A DNA stretch of 64,000 bases from Callorhinchus milii. Taxonomy: Eukaryota. Within the stretch, counting starts at the first letter, position 1; every line of letters begins with the position of its first letter. The translations under genes and the position numbers were made by a program. The stretch lies in NCBI RefSeq assembly GCF_018977255.1, contig NW_024704742.1, positions 45,448,001 to 45,512,000 of the forward strand, read 5' to 3'. Below, piece after piece: positions 49,030-61,520 of this stretch. The notes below the pieces were generated by a model that made no database searches, was not told where the DNA came from, and was given only the letters and a program-made list of their open reading frames with translations.

Positions 49030-49205
49030 TACTTAAATAAAATGGCTTTCAATATATAGATAGACAACTGACAATTTATGATTTTTTTAGCAAATTTGAA
49101 CTGTTTGCAGCTTTCATTGATCCAACAGGGTCTAATACCCAGTGTGCATTTCAAATAGGATTAGGAGTCATTGCAGAGTGTTCTGGTACATTAGCAACAG
49201 AATTT
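49030..49205 (+). repeat. Local duplication copy 2 (partner 46535-46685)
   Basis: Same 38-bp core as copy 1; TTAGGAGTCA..CAGAGTGTTCTG..CATTAGCAA.AGAAT also shared. Confidence 0.88.
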
Positions 49206-50104
49206 TTCTTGAGATTAATAGGATTTTTTTCAAGCACAAATTATTCTTTACATGATGTGAACTGGCCTTAGCATATTGCGCAAGGAGCGTATAGATAACT
49301 GTGCAAAGAAACATCTTATTTCCTAGAAATATTTGACTGTGCAATTCTTTAGTGTGTTGGATGCTGAAACATCTTAATCCACAGAACGTGAATGGTAAAA
49401 TATTGGATCAAGAAGAGACCACTGATCGATAGACAAACTCACATTCTGTTCATCTCAAACGTCAGCAGTACTTTGTAATTGCTGTTTCATGCCAGGAAGA
49501 TGTTCACGTGATGGTTTGAACTTGCTTGTAAATCAGACCGCTGTGCTCTTTACAACTGATAGCCAACTGATCAATTTATTAGTGGGGAAAAGGGGATGAT
49601 GGAGCTTCAGGGAATTATACAATTTGTCTTGCTTCTCACAGCTGTTACTTTGCCCAGTGGTCTCTCATGTTGACAACATGTTGGTAATGAAAACATCCAT
49701 TTATCTTTTTGATTATAAAACTCTTGACTGCATATTGCTTAGTATCCTCTTGATATGTTGCCTTTATAAAACTAAATTATGATCATTGGTAAATTACCAG
49801 CATGGAGCACTGATAAGTTTCAGAACATCAACAAATTGCATTTATATAGCACCTTTCGCATCGGGAGGATGTCCTTATTACTTATCTAGCTTAGTCCACC
49901 CTGTCTATTCAAGCTTTGGCTTGGACATTATAAGCATCTGTCTACACCTTTGAACCTTGTTGATGAACTAGAATTCACTTGCTGGTCAACCATCAACAAT
50001 GCCAACTGTGGACTTGAATGTCTCCCTGGAGCTAGTTCAACCCCAGAGAATCTCTACCCAAGGAGAATAAACATATCTCTACAAAAGCAACAACTGCAAT
50101 AACA

Positions 50105-50355
50105 GCAAGAGTATCCAAGCCAAACTGAGAGTTCAATGCATCCCACATATACATAGAAATTCCAGAGATATTTATTAGAATGGAATGTTCACCCTCTCTC
50201 TGGACGATGCATCCTGCTTACCTAATTCCAGAAAGTATTTGGCACAGGTTGGCAAAGCCAAGGCTTGTGGACCCCAAAGTGTGATTTGGGGTACTGCTGG
50301 AGTCGAACCAGCTAACATCTCATAGCTTGCCATTGAAACCATTGTCTGACAAGGC
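50105..50355 (-). mobile_element. Rep-A copy
   Basis: AAGAGTATCCAAGCCAAACTGAGA...CTGCTTACCTAATTCCAGAAAGTATT matches 5954-6090. Confidence 0.85.
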
Positions 50356-51809
50356 AACTTCAACTCAGTCATCAGCAGGTATCTCCAGTCAGGTATAAGA
50401 GCTGAGGACCGTGAAAATATCATTGAGGGCTATGGCGAAAACCCAGAGCATGGCAAGATCTAATAAACTAATGAAACAGGCTCAATGGGCTGAATGACCT
50501 CCACATATTCCTGGTTTCTATTGTTCTTTTTAATCCTTTATTTGGACATGTCACACACATCCTGCCCCATCATGAAATCTACCCACTCAATTTCCTTCCA
50601 TTCGGTAAATGTGGAAATTCACTTTCAGCACTCAGTTAGGCACTTGAAGATTTAAATATGTGTTCACAGGCTATAACATTTCCTAATTTAGCTGAAAGGG
50701 TAATTATATTGTCATCATGGTAAAATAGTCATAAATTAATGTTTCCTATATTGTCTTGTGGTTTTATTTAAGTACAAGAAAAAGCTGAAATTAAACTCTG
50801 GGAACTCTCAACCTCCAAGGTCTCAGTGCAGATTTAAAAACCCTGAGGTTGTGGCAATGTAGATTAAAAACCCTGGTTTCTGTTAAGAAAAAAATATTTT
50901 AGTCCATTCTCAGCAAAGCATTTCCCTCCCCCACACCAACTATTAATGTGACTCTTTGAGTAAGTTATTCATTCAATTTAATGCACATTAAGTCGAACTG
51001 GGAACAATTCTTTACTGTGGAATTGTGGCCCCAAAGATCAGGGTTAAAACTCCTGCAAACCATTTCCCTCATAACCAAGGGGGAAAAGACATTTTCCTAG
51101 TGCTTGTCTAATTATTTAGTGAAAGTGGAAAGTCACCTTTACAACTCAGCAAGGCACTTGAGCATTCAAATATTTGTCTAAAAAAATATGATGTATTGTA
51201 AGGGTTATCCTTGTTAAAATATTTTCTAAATTATCTGAAAACTTAATTATCTGACTGCCATGGTAAAGTAGCTGGTATGCTAATGTAACTTAATCCGTAC
51301 ACAGAATTTTTAAACTGGTTTTTATTTAAGATGATTCCTAGCACTGAGTGGAAAATTAAAATATTTCTTCCTGTTTCTCAAAAGTATCAAGGCTTGATTG
51401 CACGCTCCAATTCACTGTCAGCATAAGTACAGTAATTTACAGAAGTGCTTATTGATGCGTTTCAGGCCAATCTCATTGCTTGTGCTTAAGGCTGATGTGA
51501 GCATTTTCAGCAGGATGCTGAGAACTAACTTTCAAAGGCAACCATAAATATCAATGAATAATTTGTTAAATTGTAATTGCACATTAAAATTTACTGTGCC
51601 AGATTGATATAGATTTACAAACAGCAATGGTAGCTGTTAAACTATACTTGAATGTAGCCTTGAGTGCAGAAATTAACTTTGAGTGTTTGTTGACTGATAT
51701 TTTTATGCATAAGTCCACAACCACTGTGGCTACTGCACAACATGGCATCACCTATGCAAAAGCCAGATTATCACATTTGACATAGTGGAAGGAACCTCAA
51801 TTGAACATG

Positions 51810-52040
51810 TAATAACAATAATCCTTTGATAAAGCAACTTATCTAATCTTCGAGATGTCTCAAAGTGCTACACAGGATTTTACTGTGAACTGTAGTGACT
51901 GTGTATTTCTCAACAAAAACAAAACAAACAAATGTAAACTATGCCCCACAAATAGTCATGATGTGAATGACCAATTGTATCTGATGAATTTAAATAGTGA
52001 CATGGGATATTTTCATGTCTGATTGAACAGGCAGACAGAA
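51810..52040 (-). mobile_element. DeuSINE 3' remnant
   Basis: CTTCGAGATGTCTCAAAGTGCT...CCCACAAATAGTCATG...GAACAGGCAGA. Confidence 0.65.
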
Positions 52041-52484
52041 TTTGAGGGGTTGAATGGTCGACTCCTTTTCTATTTCTATGACTATGCCTTAAAGTCTCAT
52101 CGAAAGGAGTAGTGCACAAAAAAAGGCCTCATTTTGTATCTTTACTTATGTAGGAACAGTTGCACAGAAACCCACTATGTTTCTCTCTTCTCTTACATGT
52201 GACACAGGAAACCAAACCTGCGTATCACAAGATTTATGTTTGTTTAAAGCAGACCTGAATTTTACAATTGTGTGTTATTTTTTATATATATATATGACTG
52301 CATACATTTCCTGGCACTTGCTTTGTTTTTTAAAAAAATTCTATTTTAGATGTCGCTCTACTGTGAAAAGACCATTTGTATGTTTCTTTTTCCCTCTTTC
52401 CCCATCAATAGTTTTTCTCCTCCTTCCCTAGGGGTGTTGACTCATGCTGGAAAGCAATTCCATGGACCTTAAGTATATCTTCAA

Positions 52485-52770
52485 TGAGATCAGGAGGGTC
52501 TCAGGTTCAATACCTGTAGTAATAATAATAATCTTTGCAGTGATCTCAGTCAGTGGAAAGAATACTTTCTTTTTTAAAAAAAAGTAGTAAAGTAATAGTA
52601 AACTCACTTATTAAACAATTTTGAACTCTAACGAACATACTGTGTAAATTTTGTGGATGTACTAGCTCAGCACTGGCAGAGATAGAAACGAATAACCTTC
52701 TGACCTTTATTGGCTCAGTGCTCTTAATAAAAGTCTTTATTCAACAGAGCACCAGGGAAGCTGAAGGGAT
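52485..52770. mobile_element. Two opposed, diverged tRNA-SINE heads resembling LF-SINE
   Basis: GAGATCAGGAGGGTCTCAGGTTCAATACC...TGATCTCAG (+) and CTCAGCAC...ACCTTCTG...TGGCTCAGT (-); family match recalled, not searched. Confidence 0.35.
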
Positions 52771-53159
52771 ATGTGAAATAACCAGCAGAGTCATTACAGA
52801 CCTATACCACTTCTGTATTAGTTAGAATATCAAACAGAGTGATCACTTTGGTTATAAGATAACGTAATGCAATATTAACTTTTCTATATCTAAAATAAGT
52901 TCAGCTGTCATCTCAATTGTTACCTTACAATTTAATTTGATTTATCTGTAGTTGCTTATGACAAAACAATGTTATGTCTCATGTTTTAGTCAGTCCCAGT
53001 CTCCACTGCCCACTGCCATATAATACATTGGATTGTTCATTATATATATGATAACAGATGTCTTGGGAGCTGGATTTCAAGACTAATCAAACCAAATGTT
53101 TCAGATGGCATTCATCAATCACTTAGCTTTGCTTGAGAAGTTTGCTTGAGAAGTTTACC

Positions 53160-53450
53160 ATACAATACAAAATTACATTTGTATAGCCTTAGTTAGGGAT
53201 TTGGACCCGAGCAGGGGATTGAGATCAGGAGGGGTGGAGGACAGGGAGGATAGGACGGTGGCCGAAGGCTCGATCAAAGAGGAGCGCTTTGAGTTGAGCC
53301 TTGAAGGAGGCAAGGGAGGGATAGAGGTGAAGGGAATGTGGGATGGAGGTTCAAAGGGTGGGGGCAGAGAGGCTGAAAGCCCGACTGTCGATGGTGGGGT
53401 GGACCAGGTAAGCGACGTCGAGCAGGACGGAGCCTGCTGAGCAGAGGGTG
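53160..53450 (-). mobile_element. L2 3' end
   Basis: (TACAA)n tail; GAAGGCTCGATCAAAGAGGAG...GGGGCAGAGAGGCTGAAAGCCCGAC. Confidence 0.88.
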
Positions 53451-53494
53451 TTAGAAAAGGACCACAAGGCTCTCAAGTCGAGGGCAGTTGATAT

Positions 53495-53665
53495 TAATAA
53501 TTCTTACATTTGGTATGGAGCCTCTTGGAACCTCTTCTTCTCAGAGAAGACATCTCAAAGTGCTTCACAGAATTAATTGTAGAGTGGAATGCATGTGCTT
53601 TGTAGGCAGTCAATTTATGCACAGCAATGCTTCACAAACAACCATGATGTAAATGACCAATTTAA
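53495..53665 (-). mobile_element. SINE 3' remnant
   Basis: ACATCTCAAAGTGCTTCACAG...GCACAGCAATGCTTCACAAACA...TGACCAATTT. Confidence 0.7.
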
Positions 53666-54759
53666 TCGGTGGATGTTCCCTTCTTAGAAACTTGCTGCAA
53701 GGTTCAAGTGTTTGCATCAACTCAAAGTTCTATTCTAAATTACAATATTGCCGTAGAGTTTCTGTGTTGAAATGAGGCTGACATTGAGATTAAAAAATTG
53801 CAAGATGTTACACGTAGAAATGAAAAGAAATTAATTCTGCTCGATTATTCTTTCTTTATTCATTTCCCAATGACTGCATAGACAATTGAGAACTTGCACA
53901 ATTTCAAAATAGTTTCATATCTCAACATTTTTAAAATAATTAACATGCAATAAACATAATTTATGTTAACTTGAGGCAGCAGCACACACACATTTAGTTT
54001 GCATTGAAGTTATGCAAAACAGAGAAGATTTAATTTTCACATTAAGCTTAGGCATTATATACTAGTCAAACCCAGGAAAGTCAAGGCTGTTTCCCAGTTT
54101 TGTGACGAATGACACAATATTTTTTACTTTAACATTTGGAATTTAGCAGAGGTTTGTGCTCTGCTGTCTCCTGTTGTCTTCAGTAATTGTAATGCATTGC
54201 ATTTATTATCCTTTTTAGGAAGTCAGGTATAGTTCATTTCTTGTAGCTGAAACCCACATTTAATACTTGCCCGTTCTCTTTCTTTGTTTCCTCAATAGAT
54301 GATGACTTGCCCTGTGTTTAAAGGAGCTATATGTGTCACAAATTAAATTGTTAAAACGTAACTGACTTGATATTCAGAAAATACATGAGAAAGGAAGTCA
54401 GAATTCTCATACAGGAGAGATTTATGTTTATTTTTTCATTGTCATTGTACATGGCAATGCACAATAATTTCCCCAAAAGTGAGGAAATTAATTGTCTCTT
54501 TTGTGTTCTGATGAAATGTAGGGTTCCATTTAACAGTATTTCTTAACAAATTTATTTATTAAGAAATCTAGAAGATTTGTAACATATTTCCAGCTTTAAA
54601 TTTTCTGTTGTAAATGCTAAAAGTATCTTCCTCCATGTCCCTTTTTTGCCAAGACTTATTCAGCAGGTCATTTGCTGCCTAGGTAACTCTTTCCCCTCCA
54701 GTACTTGACAGTACTGATACCATCAAGACATCAATCTTTGACTGCACTATTAGTCATCT

Positions 54760-54868
54760 AGCCTCTCTGCACACGCCTCAGCTCTCACCCACATCTTGAG
54801 TGTCATTGCCAACTTTGGGACATCCTCCTGAAGTAAAAATCACTATATAAGTTTGAATTGTATTGTAT
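54760..54868 (+). mobile_element. L2 3' terminal fragment
   Basis: TTTGGGACATCCTCCTGAAGTAAAAATCACTATATAA...(TTGTA)n. Confidence 0.65.
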
Positions 54869-55584
54869 TTCAACATCAGCTATATCAGTAATCATTGGGT
54901 ATTCTTTCAAAACAATGTTTTGGCACATACATTTAGCAATAGTGAACCTACATAATGTATTGCAGCAGCTCAGTCAATATTCAATACTAAATCTTTGCTG
55001 CAAGCAATTTGGTCCCCACTTGTCTAAAGCTTTCTTGCTTGTGAATGCACAAATATAGGAAACAAGAGCAAGAAAACCCATTTGGTTGATAAAGATCAAG
55101 GCAGTGTTTCACTTTGAGTTAATAGTGGATCACAATTTTCAATTAATTGTACAAAACTGTCAGCTCTGTGTGACCATCAGTTAAAAGTCACTGGGATAGC
55201 CAGGGGATTAAAACCATAGATTGGATTAGTCATGACTCATTTAGAAATGGAAGAGAGCATCACCAACAGGATTAGGAGCTGCACACTCCTGTGAACAAAT
55301 CACATTTCAGTGGGTATCCAATAGTCTTTCCAGTTACATGCTATTTGAAAAGTGTAAACTGTCGAACCTTTGAATAGAAGTTTAGGAGCAAAGTGAATGT
55401 TTAACATAGACATTATTCTTATTCAATTTTCACAATATTAACAATAAATCCAATTCTGGTCAGTTGTTTATTGATAGTGCAAAGTTTCTTATGTATATTT
55501 ATCTTTAACTTTCAGGATAAACACATGGGAATGTGAAGAACCTTAAGTAGCTTTTAAATTGGTGCCTAAATTGTGACTATTCTC

Positions 55585-56478
55585 ATGGTGGGGGGAATAA
55601 GTGGGGTCTCATGAGGGCTAAATTGGGATCAAGGTGATGTGTTTGACAACCGAATCTGTGGTCTTGGTAGTCTGGTTCTGAAGTCAGGCAGGACCTCAGT
55701 ATTCCAAGGCACTGCTGATGACAGACCAGGCAGCCTGGAGGGTAACCACGGTTAGAGATTCTTTTCACTCATCTTCTATTAACTCTGAAAGCCAAAGCCC
55801 TAACAGGTAACTTGATTTAGGCTAAAGTAGCAACAGCAATCTTCCCAGGCCATGCTCTGAATGGCAAGCTATGTGATTTTAGTTGATTCTACTTCAGCAG
55901 TACTCTATCACTTACTCCTGGGGTCCCCAAGTCTTGGCTCTCATCAACCTATGCCTTATATTTTCTCGGACTAGATAAACAGGGTGCATCCCTCTAGGAA
56001 GATAGAACACATTCCAATCTGGATACAGAGAAATTTGTGTAGGTGGCATTAGCTCAGAGCACTCGCCTCGCTCGCGAGAGACCTGGGTTCGATTCCCGGC
56101 AGGACGAAATGTTGAGCAAGTTTCCTTACTCCACATGCCTCTATTTACCTAGCAGTAAGTAGGAACCCAGTTGTTAGTCGATTGTCGGATCGCTTTTCCG
56201 GGTGTAATATTCCCTTCAGAAAAGAATAATAAACTGGTCACTTAAATCCATGACTGTTTGTGGGACATTACTGTATGCAATTGGTTGCCGCATTTCGTCC
56301 ACAAAATATACAGTCAATTCACTTTACAGTGCATTCTGTGAAGCGCTTCGAGATGTCTTGAAAACATGATAAGGCGGTATATCAAATGCAAGGATTATTA
56401 TTATTATACTTTGGCTTGGTTTGAATACACTGAAGCATTTTTTTTGCATAGGTCAGGCACCTGCCTGATCCAAAAAAG
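55585..56478 (+). mobile_element. Rep-A copy split by a SINE-A insertion
   Basis: 55585-56048 matches Rep-A; resumes 56410 GGCTTGGTTTGAATAC...GGTCAGGCACCTGCCTGATCCAAAAAA. Confidence 0.75.
56049..56406 (+). mobile_element. SINE-A (long variant), near full length
   Basis: AGAGCACTCGCCTCGCTCGCGAGAGACCTGGGTTCGATTCCCGGC (B box), internal segment, Deu-like domain, (TTA)n. Confidence 0.92.
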
Positions 56479-58074
56479 CTAGTTCAGTCAGCGCAGTAGA
56501 CTAACTGGTATCGCAACAAATAAATAAATAAATGGAATACATTTTAGGTACCTATTGTAACAAAAGTCTGTTTATCTCTAAAGTCCACGACAGCTGTCAG
56601 TTGTGTGCCTCCTGGGAATATAAGATTAAAAATCTTCCATGATTAAAAAAAANGGAGGAACAAGCATGACAGGCTGAATAAGCTACTTCTATGCTTATTC
56701 CTATACTATATTCCTATGTTTCTATCTTCATAATGTAACTCCCTTCAACTTTAGACTTAGATAGTGGTTCAGTACCTAATCATAGCATAATGCAAACAAC
56801 AGAAGTTTGTTTAAAACATAAGAAGGAATGCAAGTTGTTTATTTGGGCTCTGAAGTCACATGCTGTTCTCATAAACCTTCAGATAGATGTGCTGAGCATA
56901 GCTGTAACAGTGTACACTCTCAGGCCTGTTTTATCAAGCTGCACTTTGATGCACACGGTTCTAGAAATCGCAAGTAGAAGCATTACCACCTGCTACAATT
57001 TAAGCATCCTCTTCGGACATGTTTACACATGGCTGGTTGTGGTTAAGCTTCTATCTGCACATTATATCGACCTTGACTCAAGGTGAAGAGGAATACCTCT
57101 TGCTTTACTATGCAAAGCATAGGGCTTTGCAAATAGGATTAAAATATTACCATATATATGGGCATAATGTTCAACACATTACACATACATAGTCATTACA
57201 CTTATAATTACTACAAAGCATTTTGAGTTGTTTTATTATGATGGGTGTAATATCAAATGCAAAGCTTATTATAATTTAAGCAACTTATTTTAGCATGTGA
57301 AACAAAATGTATTTATTTTTAATGAACAACGTATAACTAAAACACAAAACAAATGTATAATAGGATCTTCTTTATGTAGGTGCTTTACTGTACCATTGAA
57401 TAATATTCATGTTTCTGGCGTGTGACACAGGCAATTGGACTCAAACAGTGACCAGAAGCCTGTGCTTGTGCAGCCAAAGGACTTTCAGCTTTTACAAACC
57501 AATTACTGACTGCTAATGTCCATGGTTCTCTGAGAGATTTCTGTATGATGACTGTGCACACAACCCACTCATCTGATCTGCTAATCAAGTATTATCAGAC
57601 AAATTATTCTGAATTACAATACCCTTTTTTTCTCCATTAGCTTTTGAAAAGCCCAATCTCTATGGCTACCATCAGAAGTAGACTGATTTCGAGGAATGCC
57701 CAAGCACCTTATCTATAAAGCCATTATGGCCTCATTATTTGTCTATTATCAATGGTTAATGGGGTCTCCCCTTATCTTCCTGCTCCCTACAATTAGGTGC
57801 CATTAGATTCAATAAGTGAAGTATGAAACTTAACACCTTTGTCGACATTATTTCCTCTGAACCCATGTTACAATAAATCACATTTTGTCTTGATCATCCT
57901 CTCTGGAACATTTTCTTGAATATTAATTTTAAAATTTACTTTCCGGTTCGCTATTTAACCGAACAATTTACAGAACTGGAAGCTGATTTCTTAATTTTGG
58001 ATAACCTGCAAAGCAATTTTAGATCATTGTAATTTTCTGATTTTTAATAAATTTGCTGACCTTGACCACTGTCC

Positions 58075-58668
58075 TTCTTTGGGGGAGAAAAGTGGGGTCT
58101 CCTTGGAGATGAACAGGCTGCAACGTGACAAGTTTGGCAATTAAACGCTGGAACTGAGTCATTCTCAATAGTGACCTCGGTAGGGCAGTTCCTGAGCCGA
58201 TAGATCTTCAGTACCCCAGGGCACTGTTGGTGACAGCCCAGCCTGTCTGGCATCAGCAGGATTTGGAAAGGCAGGCCAGTTACTGGGGGCAGGGATTGTT
58301 CCTACTCAGCTCCCGTTAAACCTGCAATCCAGAGCCCCAACGGATATGGTGGTCCTAGCTGAATAAGCAGCCAGAAGCTTGCCACACACTGTTTTCAAAG
58401 GAAAGTTATGTGGACTTATTTGCTTAAACTTTATCATCAGCCCAATATCTCATCCAAGCGTCCACAAATCTTGGCTCTTGCCAATCTGAGCCTAGTGCTC
58501 TCCAAATTTAGGTAAACAGGATGGGCCCCTCCAGTGAGAGAGTACGGATTTTATTCCAAATGCAGGAACATTTCCATGGGTAGGTGGCAAACATATCACA
58601 TGGAAATTTAGTCTTAAAGAAGCCGATGGGTTTCCTCATGTGTCAGACACCAAGCTGAACAAATAAAA
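58075..58668 (+). mobile_element. Rep-A copy
   Basis: CCAGGGCACTGTTGGTGACAGCCCAGCC...ATGGGTTTCCTCATGTGTCAGACACCAAGCTGAACAAATAAAA. Confidence 0.8.
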
Positions 58669-58674
58669 TACTGA

Positions 58675-58830
58675 CAAAATGCAAAATACTGCAGATGCTG
58701 AAAATCTGAAAACAAAAACAGAATTCGCTGGGAACACTCAGCAGGTCAGGCAGCATCTATGGAGAAAGGAAAGTGAGTCAACGTTTTGGGTCCATGACTC
58801 TTTGTCAGAACTGGGGCATGTTGGGAGGGA
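58675..58830 (-). mobile_element. Penelope-like element terminal repeat with a decayed hammerhead motif
   Basis: Minus strand CTGACAAAGAGTCATGGACCCAAAACGTTGACTC...GATGCTGCCTGACCTGCTGAGTGTTCCCAGC...TTTCAGATTTTCAGCATCTGCAGTATTTTG, a repeat I recall as common in shark genomes. Confidence 0.7.
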
Positions 58831-59239
58831 GAGGCTTTTAAGGGCTAACAAAAATATTGATCTTGATTGAAATTGCGTTTAATTCTGTGTCAGTAAATAT
58901 ACCAATGTTTTGCAGTGTGAAATTGCAATAGAAAGGTCTCGTCATAAGCTCAAACCACCATGTTCAGTTCATTTACTGACGATCATTGAATCACATTCCA
59001 TGTTTACCTTTAAGAGTTGGAAAGTATAATCTCATTTTTCATAATTAGTGCATTTATAAAGTATTAATAAAATTATGAAGGAATCAGATTTGGCTAGCAA
59101 AATGGATTAACATACGGAGGTCTAAAATGAAATACATATAAAAGGAATCACAAAGGATTTGTAAATATTGTTTCTTGATGGTAACAAGATGTGTAGGCTG
59201 CTAATCTGTGAAAAGGTTCAATATACATATTATTTTCCT

Positions 59240-59720
59240 ACTCTTATATTCTGTATTCCTCAAATGAATTCTTCACCAAAGCTTTCCAGCTCTCTCTTGA
59301 CTTTGTTGACCCAAGGTGCCTCATTGCACATGTTGACCCCTTTCTTTGTAAAATAGTAATGTAATCTGTTTACCTTCATTCTTCTGTGCTTGAGTTTGTA
59401 TTCCTTGTTCTGGATTTCTTGTCCATGTTTAACATACTATTGAGACAAAGTTTGTCCATGTCCTTTCAAATCTTGAAAACTTCAATAATGGATGTCCTCT
59501 TAACCTTCTCTTCTTTAGTGTGAACATTTCTGTAGATTCTCTGTATAACTGGAGTGCCTATTTCCCCCTGTCAATCCAGTTGTCATTCAATGCCAGGATC
59601 ACCTTGCTTTACATGTGCAAGCCAGAATTGTACGTAGTATTTCTTGAGGTGTCGGGCTTGTGCCCTTTACAATGTCTCGTGACTTGAGCTCTATCCCTTT
59701 AGCTATTCACCGGCTCTTTG
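59240..59720 (-). mobile_element. CR1 fragment, diverged
   Basis: TCTTGAAAACTTCAAT (IEVFKI antisense), CCAGAATTGTACGTAGTAT (YxVQFW antisense). Confidence 0.7.
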
Positions 59721-60769
59721 TGTTCGTTGCTGTCACCAATAGTTTTTTTATTTGAAAGATGCATTGAAAAAAAATCATTAGTATTTCAATTTGTACTTGG
59801 TTGAGGACCTTCATATTCTGAAGCAAGAATGAGTCTGTGATCTTCCATCCTTAAGTTATACATAAGAAACTCGCTTAAGATTCTAGGCTGTTCACTTTAT
59901 ACTCGTGGGAAATCTACAAACTATCCTGTACATATTGCTTTGAATTACATTTGTTCGGTTTTGGCAGAAATTGACCAGTGCCTTAGTTATTTTTTAAAAA
60001 GTATTCTGGAAGAAAATTATCTTCCAGTTAAGTATCACTAAGCATCCAAACTGCACTCTAAGTGCCCTTGGGTACTTCATTCGGCAAAAATAAATGTGCG
60101 TGAACAGCTTAAATATAAGTTTTAGCTGATCTCCTATCATGAAGTGAATATAATGGATTTAGCTGTTGGGTGAAATGATATGGCATTTTAAGCATTAGAG
60201 TCCCCTTGAGTAATTTGAAAATATACATAGCTTGCTGATAGAATAGATAGGTTGTGTCAATTATGACATTGTTGAAAGGATCAAGCTAAACGCATTCAAC
60301 GATTGATTTTTGTTTTTGGGGGACTCAATACTTAGAAAGCTTTGTCAACATTGGTGAACATGTGGACAGTTCAAAGTGTGATACCTTCTGCTGCGTTTTA
60401 ACAGTTGTAAACAAAAACAGATATTATCAGCATGCTGATGTTCAGAGATTATATATTTCCTGACTGAGCATGTTCACAGTAATTTGGTTTCGAGAACTTT
60501 TCATAGAACAATAATAATTGATTCCTCTGTAAGGTGCCAAGTTTTGTTGAATTAATATGTAACTTTCCTGCTCCATAGTCAGATCAAATCACATTTTCCC
60601 CATCTCCATTTCATAGTTTGCAGTTCTATTTTGTTAAGACTATTCTATGATCAACGAGAGCAACATTGATAAGTTTATACCATTCTCTCACATGAAACAG
60701 AAAAATAGTTGAAGGCTGCGTTGAAGTGCCAGACATGTAAATTGTTTCATTCTAAAACTTTCATGCTTC

Positions 60770-61155
60770 TTAGCTTGACTCAGTTGGTAGTATTCCTTTG
60801 GGTCTGAAGGGAATAGGTTAAAGCCCCACCATTGTCAAAGATGCCAACCTTTGGATGCGATGTTAAACCAAGATCCTATGTGCCTGTTCAGGTGTCTGTC
60901 CAAAATCCCATGACACTATTAAAAAGAGAGAAAGTTTCTCCTGCTGTTATAACACCATCAATCCTCCAGATAAAATGGTCACTCGCTTCATGATTGTGAG
61001 ATATTGTTGCATGTAAATTGACTCATCAGAGCTAAGCACTCCGAGACGCTACCCTGCGTGAAGGACACTATAAATGCAAATTGTTGTTGGTAGCCTACAA
61101 GTGCAGTCACTTCACTTCAGTATTTTGACGTTATAGGCATCACATCAAATATAAT
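60770..61155 (+). mobile_element. SINE-B with a nested L2 tail (61025-61090)
   Basis: GACTCAGTTGGTAGTATT head, GGATGCGATGTTAAACCAAG, Deu remnant; insert GCACTCCGAGACGCTACCCTGCGTGAAGG...(TTG)n. Confidence 0.72.
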
Positions 61156-61379
61156 TGGTATTATTGGTAGGTTTCACCTTAAAAGAAGAACTGTTCCTGA
61201 GGTTTGATTGCTTATCAATTTTATTTTAATTTTCTCTTGGGTCATTTTGTTTTGCTATTTTGAACCATGCACCACTCATAGGAAAGGATAGTGCAGTGTT
61301 TAGATTCACTGTAATTACATTATTGTCATAGGAAGAATTAAAAAGAAGATTTCCTTATCCCAGGATGATCATTATAGTA

Positions 61380-61520
61380 CTGCTGGAATTTAATCAGATA
61401 AAACCACATAGCTTGTCTTTGAGAGCATTGTCTGGAAAGCTTCCCACTGGTTGTTAAACTAGCAAACTGTTAGAGCTTTAGTTTACAGGGTTCACAGAAC
61501 TTGAGTGGAAAGAACCCCTG
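61380..61520 (-). mobile_element. Rep-A fragment, diverged
   Basis: AATCAGATAAAACCACATAGCTTGTC...TTAGAGCTTT matches 6150-6270. Confidence 0.55.

Noticed and set aside
28621..56653. Single N bases at 28621, 46063 and 56653
   Set aside because: All sit at homopolymer runs; assembly ambiguity, not biology
56790..57086. 98-aa ORF
   Set aside because: No recognisable domain or splice support; length within chance expectation for 64 kb
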